Shown: piece by piece, positions 1-11,391 of the stretch | Numbering within the stretch: the stretch's first letter is position 1 | Layout of the letters: each line of letters starts with the position of its first letter | DNA from: a virus | Length of the DNA: 64,000 nt | IMG/VR virus record: IMGVR_UViG_3300047472_000102 | Coordinates: 1 to 64,000 of that record | Direction: 5' to 3' (one strand) | Notes under the pieces: model-generated | The model's database searches: none | Told to the model about the DNA's origin: nothing | What the model saw: only the letters and a program-made list of their open reading frames with translations | Program-made: the position numbers and the translations under genes

Positions 1-3000
1 CAATCCTAGAAGACTCATCAATGTCAGTAGCAGGTAAGTTGATACCGTCGAACACCTTCAGGGTGCCCTTAGGAGCATTCCTAACAGTAGCAGCATCCTG
101 CATGATCATTCCATCGCCTGTCCCAATAACAAGGCTAGGAACACCCTTCACGCCTGCTACATCTGGTCCATAGACAAAGGCTGGAGATTGACCATTACCA
201 TCTATACCCCTTGCAAAGGTATCAGGCATGGCAATCTTGGTACCGTTCACGGTGACGGTATCCATGATGTCAGCCTTCTGATTACCAGCAATAAAGAAAT
301 TCTGGGTACCAGTATTTACAATAGGGCTGAGTGGCTTCAAATCTTTCATGATTTGATCCAGATCAGACTGACTCAAAAAGTCCCCTTCATGATAACCTTC
401 CTGAGATTTCAGAGCCAATAATTTATCAACAATTGCCTGCTGATAGGCACCAGTCAAAAAGATTGACTGGAGATTAGTAGCAAGCTGCAAAGCACTGGTA
501 GAGGGCTCTACGTGCTGGAGAATTTGATCATGTATTCCTTGATGCATTTGGTTGACAAAAAACACTCTCACGTGAGACTTGAAAGCATTGAATTGCGAAG
601 GGCTAAAAGTGAAGTCCTGTGGACTATTCGATTTTCCGCCCTTGTCCGATCCCTTGGCAGGAGAAAACTTAATCTCCTTCTCCTTGGTGAGTCGAACCTC
701 CTCACTGATGAGTTCCTTGAGATCGCCTACAAAACCGTCATACGTCTTACCATCAAGGGTGCCCCCGTTCTTGGTGAGATCGGACATGTGTTTGTAGATG
801 CCATCAAGCAGGCTGGAAGCAAGCTTGCCAGCAATACCATCAATACCAGAACCATAGATGGAAATGGTGAGCGGATTTTTCGTGACACCACGATCAAGTT
901 TGAGCGTAGGAACTCCGTTCTCGTCGTCCTCTCCAAGAGTGATATTGGCATCAATAGCAGCCATCACTCTGGATAGAGCAGCAAGCTTGTCCAGTGCCTT
1001 TGGATTATCACTAATACTCTGAGTAAAATCATCCTGAGCCTTACCAGTAGCCGTAGTCGTGGCTTGGTACAAATCCTCAGGATCACGATTTAGAATATGA
1101 TCATTCAGAGAGCGATTTTCTTCCCCAAGGAAGATACCACCCTTACGAAGAACCTTGATAATATCAGGAGTAATACGGCTCGCAAAAAGAGCCGTGGTCA
1201 TGATGGGTCCATTGGTCTTTCCGTCTGCTTCAAGATAGTTGTAATGCTCGAATTTGGAATCACTTCCATCTTTAAAAGCATTAAGATATTGAGCAACAGA
1301 AAGGAGACCATGCAAGCCGTGCATAGTGCTGCCAACAGGCATAGCATCAATGATGGTCTGTCCGAATCCATCTGGCAGTTCCCCTCCTTTTAGGAACGCC
1401 GCAATAGTATCAATAATCGGACGTACCTTTGCATCCCCAAGAGTCTTATCCTGTGCCTGCTGGATAGCATTAGCACGAGTAACCTTTTCGGTTTTGACTC
1501 CAACACCCTGTGCCACAGTCATCCAGAACTGTGCTTCTTGCTTTGGATCATTCAGGTCCAAAGTCACCTTGGTAGGCATAAAGATTTCACGAGCAAGCTT
1601 GTCAGATTGAGGGTTGTTATTACCCTGCATCTGCATACGACCTACCTTGGACATGTTGAAGTCATAGTAGGCAGGATACTCGGTAATAGGCTTCTCAGCC
1701 TTCTCTGCATGAGACCTGAGTTCTTCCACTTGGTTCATGACGTTCTGGTAGGAATACTCAAGAGTACGGTTTTTACCTTCCAGAGAGCGTTCATGGTTTA
1801 CGTTCAAATCACCTTCCTGGTAGATTTGACCACCCATGTAATTCAGGAAGAATTCAAAGCCCAAATTACTCATCAGACGATGCATAGGCTCGTTCAATAG
1901 GTAAGGCGTAGACCCTTCATGGGCCAATGCCTCACGCTGCTTAGGCGTGTTTTTGACACCCGGAGAACGTAACTGCTCGACAGGAATATTCCCGGATGGG
2001 GAACCATAGGAAATACCCAGTGTCTTGGACTTCTCAGTCAGGATCATATCATCCAGAAGCTTGGAAGCTGCACCAAGCTTACCAATCTCATCTATAAGGG
2101 CTTGTGGACGTTGATCAAAATAGACACGGTTCTGTGTAAAGTGCGTATCCCCATCGTGATACTCAAAGGAACCAGTAGAAAGAAGATCAGCTTTGGCAAG
2201 GCCGTGTATGACCTCGATTGCCACTGCTTCTGCAATACCCTGAGTCTGAGACAGAGATGCCTTATTATTCGTAGTAATCCCCCAATAATCGATAATATTA
2301 GAAGCAAGGTTACGGATGAAATCAGACTGAGTCTGTCCACGATTGAAATCGGCAACCATGGCAGGGGTAACACGATCAGGACTAATACCCATGATGTCAG
2401 CAACATCTGACGCTTCAAGATTGGGCTTAAGTCGGTCTCCATTGAGAGACTGATTGATACCAGCAAGAATAGCAGACTGAACCAGTTGCTTATTATAAAT
2501 AAAGCCATTGCCTTTACGCTCCATAATATTGAGCATACGGCCTTCCTTCCAGCGATTGGCTGGTTTACCAGCCGTAAAAGCTGCAAGAATTTTCTTGGCT
2601 GCTGGGAGAGTCATTCGTTCATTCATGGCTCTCATTACATTGGAACCAAGAGAAAGAATCTCATCTAGTGCATCTAGATTAGCACCACTAATATTATAAT
2701 TTACGTCCTTGCCATCCATAAACTCGACCATGAGCTTAGGGGTATCAAGAAGCTTACGGAGATCATTAATAGGACTAATAAGTTTAGCCAGACGAGACTT
2801 AGGCTTATCTGGAAGACGATAAGCAGCATGGAACTGGTTTGCACCAGTACCTTCATTGCTCATAAGACGAGGGTAAGCCGTTTCAACGGTTTCTTTCTGA
2901 ACAGGAGCTTCAGACTCACTGACTGGTTGTTTATCACCAGATGTCCGCTCACTTGGTTGTTCAATCTCATTGCGAATGCTCTTGGTGTTTTCTCCTGTCT

Positions 3001-5626
3001 CAGTAGTTGCCTTCGGTTCACTAGATAATGCTTCAGGAGCCTCACTGGTAGTCGTTTCCTTCTGTGGGGTAGATTCTTCCGTTGGCTCCGCCTTCGGCGT
3101 TTGCTGAGCCTCTGTGAGTTGTTCTGAAGGTGCACGGAGATTAAGCTTCGGAACATCCACCTGCTTCATATTAAGCTGGGGATATTGCTCTTTAATCGAG
3201 TTGGAAAGCTGAGCCAAAGCAGAAGCTTCTGCATAGACAGTACGAGCAAAATTCTCAGAATTTTCATTGCCAAGATGTACCGCGGCAGTAAACTGACGAG
3301 CTTCAGGAATCCATTCATTATTGGGACCAGCAGACTGGTACTTAACCTTCGCACCTTTACCATGTTCAATAGAGCGGTTCAGGGCACCAACCTTATTGCT
3401 CTGACCTTGAGCAAACATCTCAAGAGCCTGTGCTCTTTGTTGTGCCAATAAGTCATTACCAGCACTAATGGCTTCATTAATGCCTTGAACATGCTGAACC
3501 ATAGAAAGCTGATGAGATGCCTTCCCACCCTCAGTCGCAATTTGACGAGATACTATGTCTGATACAAAAGCCTTTCCTTCTGGCTTCGTATTCGTCATTT
3601 GGTCATAGGTTTGACCAGCACGAGTTACAGCGATGGAGGAACGGATTTGGTTCTTTTGGACTTCCGTTAATTGGGCATTCCCTTGATCAGCCTGATATAA
3701 GACCTTTTCTGCAAGATCAGGATTGACAGCTTGTGGAGCAAATTGAGCCTGTCCTGCTACTTGATTAGCAACAGTAACTGGATTGCTATTAGCAGGAATA
3801 AGATCAGGCTTTTCCAGAGTAAAAAGAGCTTCTTTTACATCTGGAATAGAACCAATAGATTGAGCAATCTTTCCATAGGTCTCAAACTTCTGATAATTTT
3901 CATCATCATGGCTTACATTCTGAAGGAATGCAGGTAGATCATTATTGAAAAGATCAGCATTGTCTTTCAGCTTTTGAGCCACAAAGAGAGCAGCAGATGC
4001 TCGATCTTCAGGACTATTTTGCTCATCTCTAGCTTCGGTAGCCATGAAAGCCATGGCTTCTACGAGGTCAGGTTTAGCACCTAAAGTCTGAACCATAGAC
4101 TCCAGATTACCACGAGGAATATTTAGCAAATCCTGGTTCGAAAGAGTCAGTGCATTTTGCACCTTACCAATGTAATCCTGTGCCTGTAGATCATCCTTGG
4201 GAGCCAAGGAAGACAGACCAGTCACAACATCATTAGTCTGAGTATTAGCATCATTAACCGCAGCAGAGACAGTATCTACACTATTAGGAGCAGCACTCTG
4301 CATATTGGCAATAATAGACTTGCCTTTATCATAGACAGCCTTTGGAGCACCTGCCAATGAAGCAGCAGCATGAGACAACACAGCAGGGCCTTCAATCGCG
4401 CCTGCCGAGAGACCACCAGCCAGCGCTCCCTGTACTACTTGAGACCCAAGATCGTCCGTCAAACGCTGAGTGGTATCAGCATGTTGCTGAATTGCAAGAT
4501 TTTGAGAGAGAGTACCACTGGCGTTTTGAAGCCCCTCTTCCAGAGTCTCTTTCCCCACATTCTGTAACGCTGGCACAAGTCCGGTACCATGTAGAGGATG
4601 CGCTTCGAACCCTTCTACCAACTTACCAGTGGCAGCAGCTAAGGGGCCTTGGATCGCAGCCGCTTCTAGACCTGCTGCGTCTGCTACTCGACTGCGTGCC
4701 TCCTCTGGAGAGTACCCCTGTTGAATATAATTTCGATACTCAGGGGATTTATTCGACAGGTCATCGAATGGCGTTGAGAGAACCTGTTGACTCACTTGTG
4801 CATAAGCACCACCTGCCTCCATCGTTCCGACAGATAGCGGTATGTTTCCTTCAGCAGTTTGAACCACGCGTGGAACGAGTCCCGTACCCTCCAATGAACC
4901 AATCTCTGACAGGGCAGTCTTCGCAACAGACCCCTCAACAGCAGTCTTTAATACATCTTTACCCACTTTCTGCATCACCGAGATTGCGCCGCCAGTAGGA
5001 GCAGCTGCAAGAACAGAGCCAATACCCTGTTCAGTCAGTTCAGCAGCAGAGGTAGGATTCTCAATAAGGCGAGCAGCAGCATCTACTGCTCCTCGTCCTA
5101 CAGAGTTCAATTCAGCACTAAAACGACCATTATCAGCAAGGTCTTTTTGATATTGAGCAGTGTTATCCTGCTTATCCAATTGTTCAGTAGTTCCTGCCAA
5201 GAAGCGGGAATTCTTCTGTTCCTGGCTTTGCTGGCCTTGAAAATAGGCAATGTCATTTGCAACGGTCCGACCCACAGACTGTGCAGCATCTCGACCAAAC
5301 AAACGGGAACCAAGAGTGACAGCACCACCAGCTGAATTGATGACACCAATGCCAATATTGGAAATAGCATCACCAAGGGTCTGACCTTGGCTATCCTGAA
5401 GGTTCTGGGTAGATGCACGATTGAGGTCTACATTATTGAGACTATTAACTACCTCTGGCCCATACTTCTGGGCAAAGGTAAAAGGGTCCATCTGTGCTCG
5501 ATCAACCAGTACCTGATTATTAGCAATATCATTGCCACGGTCGAGAGCAATATTGGTAGCAGTAGGGTTCTGAGCAGCAGCCAGAATAGAGGCAATATCA
5601 TTAGAATTAGGAAGATTATCTGCCAT
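1..5626 (-). CDS. Virion-encapsidated RNA polymerase (N4 gp50-like), N-terminal ~1875 aa; continues past the window's left edge
   Basis: Not in the ORF track. ATG at 5626-5624 follows GAGGATAGT. Spot-checked segments share one frame and carry N4 vRNAP motifs: A NYLEADGKTNGPI (~1200-1240), B DRGVTKNPLTISIYGSG (~845-895), C GVKGVPSLVIGTGDGMIMQ...TLKVFDGINL (~40-160). Confidence 0.95.
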   Translation of the reverse strand, partial: MADNLPNSNDIASILAAAQNPTATNIALDRGNDIANNQVLVDRAQMDPFTFAQKYGPEVVNSLNNVDLNRASTQNLQDSQGQTLGDAISNIGIGVINSAGGAVTLGSRLFGRDAAQSVGRTVANDIAYFQGQQSQEQKNSRFLAGTTEQLDKQDNTAQYQKDLADNGRFSAELNSVGRGAVDAAARLIENPTSAAELTEQGIGSVLAAAPTGGAISVMQKVGKDVLKTAVEGSVAKTALSEIGSLEGTGLVPRVVQTAEGNIPLSVGTMEAGGAYAQVSQQVLSTPFDDLSNKSPEYRNYIQQGYSPEEARSRVADAAGLEAAAIQGPLAAATGKLVEGFEAHPLHGTGLVPALQNVGKETLEEGLQNASGTLSQNLAIQQHADTTQRLTDDLGSQVVQGALAGGLSAGAIEGPAVLSHAAASLAGAPKAVYDKGKSIIANMQSAAPNSVDTVSAAVNDANTQTNDVVTGLSSLAPKDDLQAQDYIGKVQNALTLSNQDLLNIPRGNLESMVQTLGAKPDLVEAMAFMATEARDEQNSPEDRASAALFVAQKLKDNADLFNNDLPAFLQNVSHDDENYQKFETYGKIAQSIGSIPDVKEALFTLEKPDLIPANSNPVTVANQVAGQAQFAPQAVNPDLAEKVLYQADQGNAQLTEVQKNQIRSSIAVTRAGQTYDQMTNTKPEGKAFVSDIVSRQIATEGGKASHQLSMVQHVQGINEAISAGNDLLAQQRAQALEMFAQGQSNKVGALNRSIEHGKGAKVKYQSAGPNNEWIPEARQFTAAVHLGNENSENFARTVYAEASALAQLSNSIKEQYPQLNMKQVDVPKLNLRAPSEQLTEAQQTPKAEPTEESTPQKETTTSEAPEALSSEPKATTETGENTKSIRNEIEQPSERTSGDKQPVSESEAPVQKETVETAYPRLMSNEGTGANQFHAAYRLPDKPKSRLAKLISPINDLRKLLDTPKLMVEFMDGKDVNYNISGANLDALDEILSLGSNVMRAMNERMTLPAAKKILAAFTAGKPANRWKEGRMLNIMERKGNGFIYNKQLVQSAILAGINQSLNGDRLKPNLEASDVADIMGISPDRVTPAMVADFNRGQTQSDFIRNLASNIIDYWGITTNNKASLSQTQGIAEAVAIEVIHGLAKADLLSTGSFEYHDGDTHFTQNRVYFDQRPQALIDEIGKLGAASKLLDDMILTEKSKTLGISYGSPSGNIPVEQLRSPGVKNTPKQREALAHEGSTPYLLNEPMHRLMSNLGFEFFLNYMGGQIYQEGDLNVNHERSLEGKNRTLEYSYQNVMNQVEELRSHAEKAEKPITEYPAYYDFNMSKVGRMQMQGNNNPQSDKLAREIFMPTKVTLDLNDPKQEAQFWMTVAQGVGVKTEKVTRANAIQQAQDKTLGDAKVRPIIDTIAAFLKGGELPDGFGQTIIDAMPVGSTMHGLHGLLSVAQYLNAFKDGSDSKFEHYNYLEADGKTNGPIMTTALFASRITPDIIKVLRKGGIFLGEENRSLNDHILNRDPEDLYQATTTATGKAQDDFTQSISDNPKALDKLAALSRVMAAIDANITLGEDDENGVPTLKLDRGVTKNPLTISIYGSGIDGIAGKLASSLLDGIYKHMSDLTKNGGTLDGKTYDGFVGDLKELISEEVRLTKEKEIKFSPAKGSDKGGKSNSPQDFTFSPSQFNAFKSHVRVFFVNQMHQGIHDQILQHVEPSTSALQLATNLQSIFLTGAYQQAIVDKLLALKSQEGYHEGDFLSQSDLDQIMKDLKPLSPIVNTGTQNFFIAGNQKADIMDTVTVNGTKIAMPDTFARGIDGNGQSPAFVYGPDVAGVKGVPSLVIGTGDGMIMQDAATVRNAPKGTLKVFDGINLPATDIDESSRI

Positions 5627-5677
5627 ACTATCCTCAGTAATGAAATGGTTTTCATTACGTATAGTAGGCTACTCCTG

Positions 5678-5708
5678 AAAAAGAAAGCCCCTCATTGCTG
5701 AGGGGCTG
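5678..5708 (-). terminator. Rho-independent terminator at the end of the gp51-like gene
   Basis: Minus strand AGCCCCTCA-GCAA-TGAGGGGCT followed by TTCTTTTT. Confidence 0.7.
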
Positions 5709-8298
5709 GAGTAGTTGTAGCAGGTACAGGAGCCTGTGCTTTAGTATATGGTGTAACACCACTGTTAGCTGCACTAATCAAAATACTATTGAGTAACTGC
5801 AATTGTGCTTGTGCTTGTTGAAGCTGTGCTTTCAGCGATTCATTCTGAGGATTAGCATTCAAAGCAGCAGCAAGTCTATTTATACGATCCTGTACAGCAG
5901 TAACCTGTTGTGCAGTCTGTTGTACCTGTTGCTGGACAATTTGCTGTCCTTGAGCCGTAGAGAGGCGAGCAGCACCCGGAGCAATAGAAGCACCATCCTG
6001 AGTCTTCTGAACATAGTTCTTGAAGAGATCAGATGCGTGATCAGTATCAATACGTTGGGTGGTAAGACCTTCTCCTGGATTTGCTCCACCATATTTGTCA
6101 TTAAGAAATCGAGTAGCATCTGGACCATAATTCCAATTCCATAGTGGGAAACCCCACCAAGAACCAGCAGTACCAGTTTTTGGAGACTGGGCAGCAAGGA
6201 TACCTGCTACATCAGCATCTACGTTATTATTCTTCATAATCTCAGTAACTGCATCATTGATTGCAGTCGTAGGAACACCAGCCAATGGTCCCTTCTTGAG
6301 ACGTGCTACTGTATCAGCAACACTTTCTCCTCTATTAGGCCGAGAGCTAAGCTGTTGATCCAAGGAACCCAGATTGTTATTCAACTGGTCAACAACACCA
6401 GTATTGGCAATCGTAGCTGCATTACTGATAATATTCGTAGCAGCCTGATCAGGTTGGGGTTGTGGACCTTGTGTAGGTGCAGGGGTATTAGCAGCAGTAA
6501 TAGCCTGAGGCTGATATGCAGCAGTACCACCAGTAGGAATACCAGTAGCATCTACTTGCGTAGCAGTACCATTGGCATCTACCGTGAAGGTATTACCATT
6601 AGTGTCTATATAAGCTTTCTGACCATTATCCATAGTAATAGTCTTAAGCTTGGATAGAGCTTCTTGGTTCTGTTGAGCAGACGTAGGCTGATCCTGGTTA
6701 GCCTGTGTATTCGTGACATTGGTTACCGATGGAGAATCATCCACTGAACCAACGGAAGCACGAATAATAGCAGATGGATCAGAGGCAGCAGATAACTGAC
6801 CACTGAGAACACCATTAGCAGCCCCAGCAGGCGTTACAATAGGAGCATTGGTGTTATAACCACCACCAGCTACAACGCTGTTCCTAATAATCTGTGAAGG
6901 CGATAGAGGGCTGCTAGGAACTGGTTCATTAGTTCCACCAAGCTCATTAACGATCTGTCCTACGACAGAATCAGGAGCATTCTTGAGACCTACCCACTGA
7001 CCGCGAAGAGCATCAATCTTACCAGCCATGGTTCGAGGACCAGAAATAGCCTGCTTACCTATATGGGTAGCAATGGCATCCTGAGTCTGTGCATCGAATG
7101 GGGTATTGGGATCAAGACCCATCTCACGAGCAGCTTGGGCAAGCGTAGAACCAACGATCTGATAACGACCCAAGGGAGTAGCAACTACACCTTTGTTATT
7201 GGCAGCTACGAACTGACCATAAGCACCCTTTGGATTAGCAAATTCAACAGCCTGTCCAATAGTTAACTTACTTGGATCAACACCAGCAAACTGGTTATTT
7301 TGGGCATTCTTAAAGAGGGTACTATAGGAACCACCGCCCTCATATTTATCCAGAGCAGCAGTAAAAGTAGGCGTAGCATTCATGGCTCCAGTAGGAGTAT
7401 TTGGGCCAGCAGTCTGGATAAGCTGAGTAGCTGTCTTACCTACATTTGGAAGGGTATCCAACGTATCAGGAGCACGCCAGAAAGACTGGGCACCCTTACT
7501 AATTTGATCCTGAGCAGCTGCATATTCTTCAGCAGTAAGCTGAGTCTTGTATTTATCCAGAGCCTTAAGAGCAGTGTTGCTATCAACGATATCTGGACTC
7601 TGAACGATCTTATCAATGACCGTACGAACATTATTAGCACTATTATTAGTCCTAGTAAAATTCTGATCTTTGATAATGTTTTCATTGCTAGTCAGACCAC
7701 TATTGATGGCATCCAAATTTCCATTCTGGAAATCAAGCTGTTGCTGTCCATTATAGCCAGCAGCCGTAAGGGTCTTGTTATTATCAACAATAAGCTGACG
7801 ACCCTGTGCGATCTGTGCAGGATCACCAGTCTGCATAAGATCACGAGCACGAGTGAGAACATCGTTAGCAGCAGGCTGATTAGTGATATAACCTTGCTTA
7901 CGAGCTTCATCAGACTTGGCCGTATCCAGATTAAACTGGGCAGCATTATTGGCAATACCTCGACCTTGATTGGCAAGGACACCACCTTGATTATTGATAA
8001 GTTGGCCCGGTTGGGTCTGAATGTAGTTTATAGCAGCAGAATTCAGATTAGCAGGATTAATAGCACCAGAGGCAATGCCACTAGCCAGAGCCTGACGAAA
8101 CGAATTCTGATCCCCAGCAGCTGCAAGAGAAGCAATTGCCTGTCCACTATTGGCATCGATAGCAGACTTATTGAAGTCAGCAATACGATCGCTCAAACCA
8201 TTAGAAGCTTGAGCCAAAAGAGAACCAGCAGTACGTAAAGCCTCAGCTGAACCAGAGAAATTAGGGGCGTCTACATTACGCCAAGTAAGAGCGGCCAT
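5692..8298 (-). CDS. Internal/ejection virion protein (N4 gp51-like) with central lysozyme-like domain
   Basis: Syntenic with vRNAP. N-terminal LTWRNVDAPNFS; E-GG-Y...ATPLGRYQIVGSTL...FDAQTQD lysozyme-type motifs; no Cys seen. Confidence 0.75.
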   Translation of the reverse strand: MAALTWRNVDAPNFSGSAEALRTAGSLLAQASNGLSDRIADFNKSAIDANSGQAIASLAAAGDQNSFRQALASGIASGAINPANLNSAAINYIQTQPGQLINNQGGVLANQGRGIANNAAQFNLDTAKSDEARKQGYITNQPAANDVLTRARDLMQTGDPAQIAQGRQLIVDNNKTLTAAGYNGQQQLDFQNGNLDAINSGLTSNENIIKDQNFTRTNNSANNVRTVIDKIVQSPDIVDSNTALKALDKYKTQLTAEEYAAAQDQISKGAQSFWRAPDTLDTLPNVGKTATQLIQTAGPNTPTGAMNATPTFTAALDKYEGGGSYSTLFKNAQNNQFAGVDPSKLTIGQAVEFANPKGAYGQFVAANNKGVVATPLGRYQIVGSTLAQAAREMGLDPNTPFDAQTQDAIATHIGKQAISGPRTMAGKIDALRGQWVGLKNAPDSVVGQIVNELGGTNEPVPSSPLSPSQIIRNSVVAGGGYNTNAPIVTPAGAANGVLSGQLSAASDPSAIIRASVGSVDDSPSVTNVTNTQANQDQPTSAQQNQEALSKLKTITMDNGQKAYIDTNGNTFTVDANGTATQVDATGIPTGGTAAYQPQAITAANTPAPTQGPQPQPDQAATNIISNAATIANTGVVDQLNNNLGSLDQQLSSRPNRGESVADTVARLKKGPLAGVPTTAINDAVTEIMKNNNVDADVAGILAAQSPKTGTAGSWWGFPLWNWNYGPDATRFLNDKYGGANPGEGLTTQRIDTDHASDLFKNYVQKTQDGASIAPGAARLSTAQGQQIVQQQVQQTAQQVTAVQDRINRLAAALNANPQNESLKAQLQQAQAQLQLLNSILISAANSGVTPYTKAQAPVPATTTPAPQQ

Positions 8299-8307
8299 GA
8301 TTACCCC

Positions 8308-8715
8308 TTAGAGCGAATTCTGATCAATATATTGATTGACTTGATCCTGCGTCTGTCCTTCAACGACACCACGAGAGCGAGCACGATCAGAGAGAGTCGT
8401 ATTATAGCTTTTAATCTGATTGGCCAAATTATCCTGAGCAAATTGCTTTTGGAAATTGAACTGGTCCTTGGCAAGCTTGTTAGCCTGAAAGGCCCCATAC
8501 AGATTACCAATAGTACTCAAGGCTCCAAGGCCAAAATTAAGAGTATTGGCATTGAAACCAAAACCAGAATTATTACCAAAGAATCCACCACCAGGATTTG
8601 CAGCAGCAATAGCTGGGGAGGAACTGGAACCAAAGAGATTAATACCACCACCTTGTTGGTAGTTTGGGTTATTCAAATAAGTATTAAGACTGGAGAAATC
8701 CATTAATGCCTCCAA
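8308..8715 (-). CDS. Structural/ejection protein (N4 gp52-like)
   Basis: Gly-rich N-terminus, then FQKQFAQDNLANQIKSYNTTLSDRARSR; syntenic position. Confidence 0.75.
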   Translation of the reverse strand: MEALMDFSSLNTYLNNPNYQQGGGINLFGSSSSPAIAAANPGGGFFGNNSGFGFNANTLNFGLGALSTIGNLYGAFQANKLAKDQFNFQKQFAQDNLANQIKSYNTTLSDRARSRGVVEGQTQDQVNQYIDQNSL

Positions 8716-11391
8716 CTACCCATATACAGAAGGTAGGGTCAAATTCAGCGTTGTGTAATCACTTACCATGTCATAGGACATTTGTGCAATGTCCGAGCCA
8801 GTCATAAGTGTACGTGTGAGGAATGAGCTACTTGGTTCAAACTGTTTGTAGCCAGTGCTCTGTGTCATCCAAGTAGGATTGAAGGCAACATTAGTATAGC
8901 CGATATTTTGGTCGTACAAAGACTTAATATTATCGGATTGGTTTTTAAAAGAAGTCTGTAAGTCCTCAATTTTACCTTGGTAAGACTGAGTGACAGAATT
9001 CATATAAGCACTAATACCATTACCTACAGCATCCGTCAGCTTCAGAAGGTTATCTGGTCTCATCAGATCACCCCAGTTAAACTGGAAGCTCTGAAGACCC
9101 TGAAAAGCCTGTGCTACCTGTCCTACGACAAAGCCAAGGATTAATCCTAGTACTTGGCCTAATACACCAAGGCGGCTAGTAACAGCACTAATCACCGAAC
9201 TAACCACAACAGCGGCAAGAGCATTAGCCACACTTCCGACGATAGCGGCGGTGATACCACTAAAGCCAAGGCTGGTGCCAACAGCAATATTAGAACCCAA
9301 AAGCCCAATGCCTGCACCTCCTGTGAAAGCCACGGATACAATGGCCACCACAACGATAAGCAGGATTTTGAAGATACCAGTCTGGTACCATTTCTGCTTC
9401 ACAATCTGATAGCAATTAAAGACCATAAAGCAGCAAGCAGTTGTCATCTGATTTGAGCTAAGAAGGCTCATAGCTCGCATAGTGTCATAGTGCATAGGAA
9501 CTATGAAACCAGACTCATCCGCATCTGCTAGGGCTTCTTTGGCTGTAATATCAACGCTCTTGCCATCATAGACATAGTTATGATGTACCATGCCATAGAT
9601 ATCCAGCACCTTGTAATTAGTGTCAGTAACCTGCCACCACAGCCTTATATGTTCAGTACTAACACTACCAGTTTGGATCAGAGATGGAGGACTTGGATGT
9701 TCTCCACCTGTACCAGACGAATAGGTATATTTGGGGAAGACCTCATCTGATTCAGTCGTGAACCATAGGTCTCCAGCAATGGCATCATCTTTGCCACGTC
9801 CGGTACCAGTACTCTCAGTAATAAAGTTCCAAGCAATACGGATATCATAAGGCACATTGCTAGTGCCTTCTGGATGAATTCGTACGAGGTTTTGAGGCAG
9901 ATCAGGCATGGATGGAAGGTTAGGTTTAGTACCTACCTGACCACCATCAAGCCAGTCCTGAAGAGCAGCTACAGCTGCCTGATAGTTGTCTTTGGCTGCT
10001 TGGAAATTAGCCCATTGATCAGCACCATTTTGCTGAGAGGTCATCAGCTTATAGAAGAAATCATAAACGTATTTCTTGCACTGGGTATCGATCACATTAA
10101 GAGATACCCCAAAAACTACGAATGCAAAATCAATGTCTGATAAGCTCTCATTATCAGAAATACTGTCCACAACAGTAGAGAATTTCTTACCCGTCATCTT
10201 CTTATAAGCTTGAGCAGACTGGGTATATAGATCTCCATCATGAGCTTCTGTCAGGAAGTCATTGGAAATACGAACCGGGATAGGTGGAAAGAATTCACCA
10301 GGAATAGTAACAGGGTGGGCTATATGCTCATCAATAACTGTATTACCACTATTAATCTTATAGAGCCAAATTGTTCTACCAGTGGAACCAGAGAGAATAG
10401 AATCCGTAGTATCCAGTCTCCAAGAGTGCTGGATTTCATCCAGAGTCTCTGTAGTCGTGGTAACCGTAGTGGTTATGGTGACTCCACCAATGACCTGTGT
10501 AGAGGTCTGAGTATCCACATTAGTATCAATAATGGGATTGGTCATATAGTACAGTTCATTGAACCGGGAGGTTAGCTCACCAGTTTCAGAATCAGATACA
10601 TATGCAGGATCAGTCTTGGTAAATCGAGCTTCACGATCACTATAGGTAAAATGGGCTACACTATTAGTATCAGTGGTACTGGTAGGAGTACCATCCGAAT
10701 AGGTTACTACCGTATGTATATTTGTATTCAAATCACCAGTAACAGAAGCATTGGTATCAAAATCAATTGTATAACCATCATGATCAGGAAATGCTTCAGC
10801 AGCATCCATTATATTCGTGGTTCCAGTTACTAAGGAACCAGTAGTAGCAGAAGTATAGTATGCATAATTTACATACAGATACTGAGCATTCTGGTCAAAG
10901 CCTACGGGTGTAAAAGTAACACTAGAGGCATCAGCAAATTGGATAAGTATTTGACCGTTATCCAGAAACAAGGACTCCCAGGCAGTATCATAATCAGCAG
11001 GACGATTAACCAGAATATACTGTTCAGCCCATGATGTATAATCTGCCTGTTCTTCAAAAGCAGCAATGACATATGGTGTTGCACCCACAACAATAGGAAG
11101 CTGGGTGACGATGATTGCAGGATCAATATTAGCATAACCGTTAATAGATGCTGTAGGCATCCCCACCGTTGTGTAGTTATCCTTGGCCCATCTATAGAAT
11201 TTACGGAAATCCATATTAGGGCCATGCAGTTCGCCATCGTTAATGGAGTCTGCAATGCTACTTTGAGTATCGCTAGTAATATTCTTAAGGATAAGGGTTT
11301 TTAAATAGTCCACACGACCATCAGCATCCCCCGCCATATTGTAAGCGACGGAGGATACATAGGTGATCTTTTTGCCTGAAAATAAGCCCAT
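8716..11391 (-). CDS. Conserved N4 gp53-like virion protein with C-terminal hydrophobic segments
   Basis: MGLFSGKKITYVSSVAYNMAGD start; VKQKWYQTGIFK followed by transmembrane-like stretches; synteny. Confidence 0.75.
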   Translation of the reverse strand: MGLFSGKKITYVSSVAYNMAGDADGRVDYLKTLILKNITSDTQSSIADSINDGELHGPNMDFRKFYRWAKDNYTTVGMPTASINGYANIDPAIIVTQLPIVVGATPYVIAAFEEQADYTSWAEQYILVNRPADYDTAWESLFLDNGQILIQFADASSVTFTPVGFDQNAQYLYVNYAYYTSATTGSLVTGTTNIMDAAEAFPDHDGYTIDFDTNASVTGDLNTNIHTVVTYSDGTPTSTTDTNSVAHFTYSDREARFTKTDPAYVSDSETGELTSRFNELYYMTNPIIDTNVDTQTSTQVIGGVTITTTVTTTTETLDEIQHSWRLDTTDSILSGSTGRTIWLYKINSGNTVIDEHIAHPVTIPGEFFPPIPVRISNDFLTEAHDGDLYTQSAQAYKKMTGKKFSTVVDSISDNESLSDIDFAFVVFGVSLNVIDTQCKKYVYDFFYKLMTSQQNGADQWANFQAAKDNYQAAVAALQDWLDGGQVGTKPNLPSMPDLPQNLVRIHPEGTSNVPYDIRIAWNFITESTGTGRGKDDAIAGDLWFTTESDEVFPKYTYSSGTGGEHPSPPSLIQTGSVSTEHIRLWWQVTDTNYKVLDIYGMVHHNYVYDGKSVDITAKEALADADESGFIVPMHYDTMRAMSLLSSNQMTTACCFMVFNCYQIVKQKWYQTGIFKILLIVVVAIVSVAFTGGAGIGLLGSNIAVGTSLGFSGITAAIVGSVANALAAVVVSSVISAVTSRLGVLGQVLGLILGFVVGQVAQAFQGLQSFQFNWGDLMRPDNLLKLTDAVGNGISAYMNSVTQSYQGKIEDLQTSFKNQSDNIKSLYDQNIGYTNVAFNPTWMTQSTGYKQFEPSSSFLTRTLMTGSDIAQMSYDMVSDYTTLNLTLPSVYG

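Noticed and set aside
188-5701. Many short ORFs in the track suggesting a fragmented region
   Set aside because: All lie inside the single minus-strand vRNAP frame, which the track omitted because its stop is outside the window.
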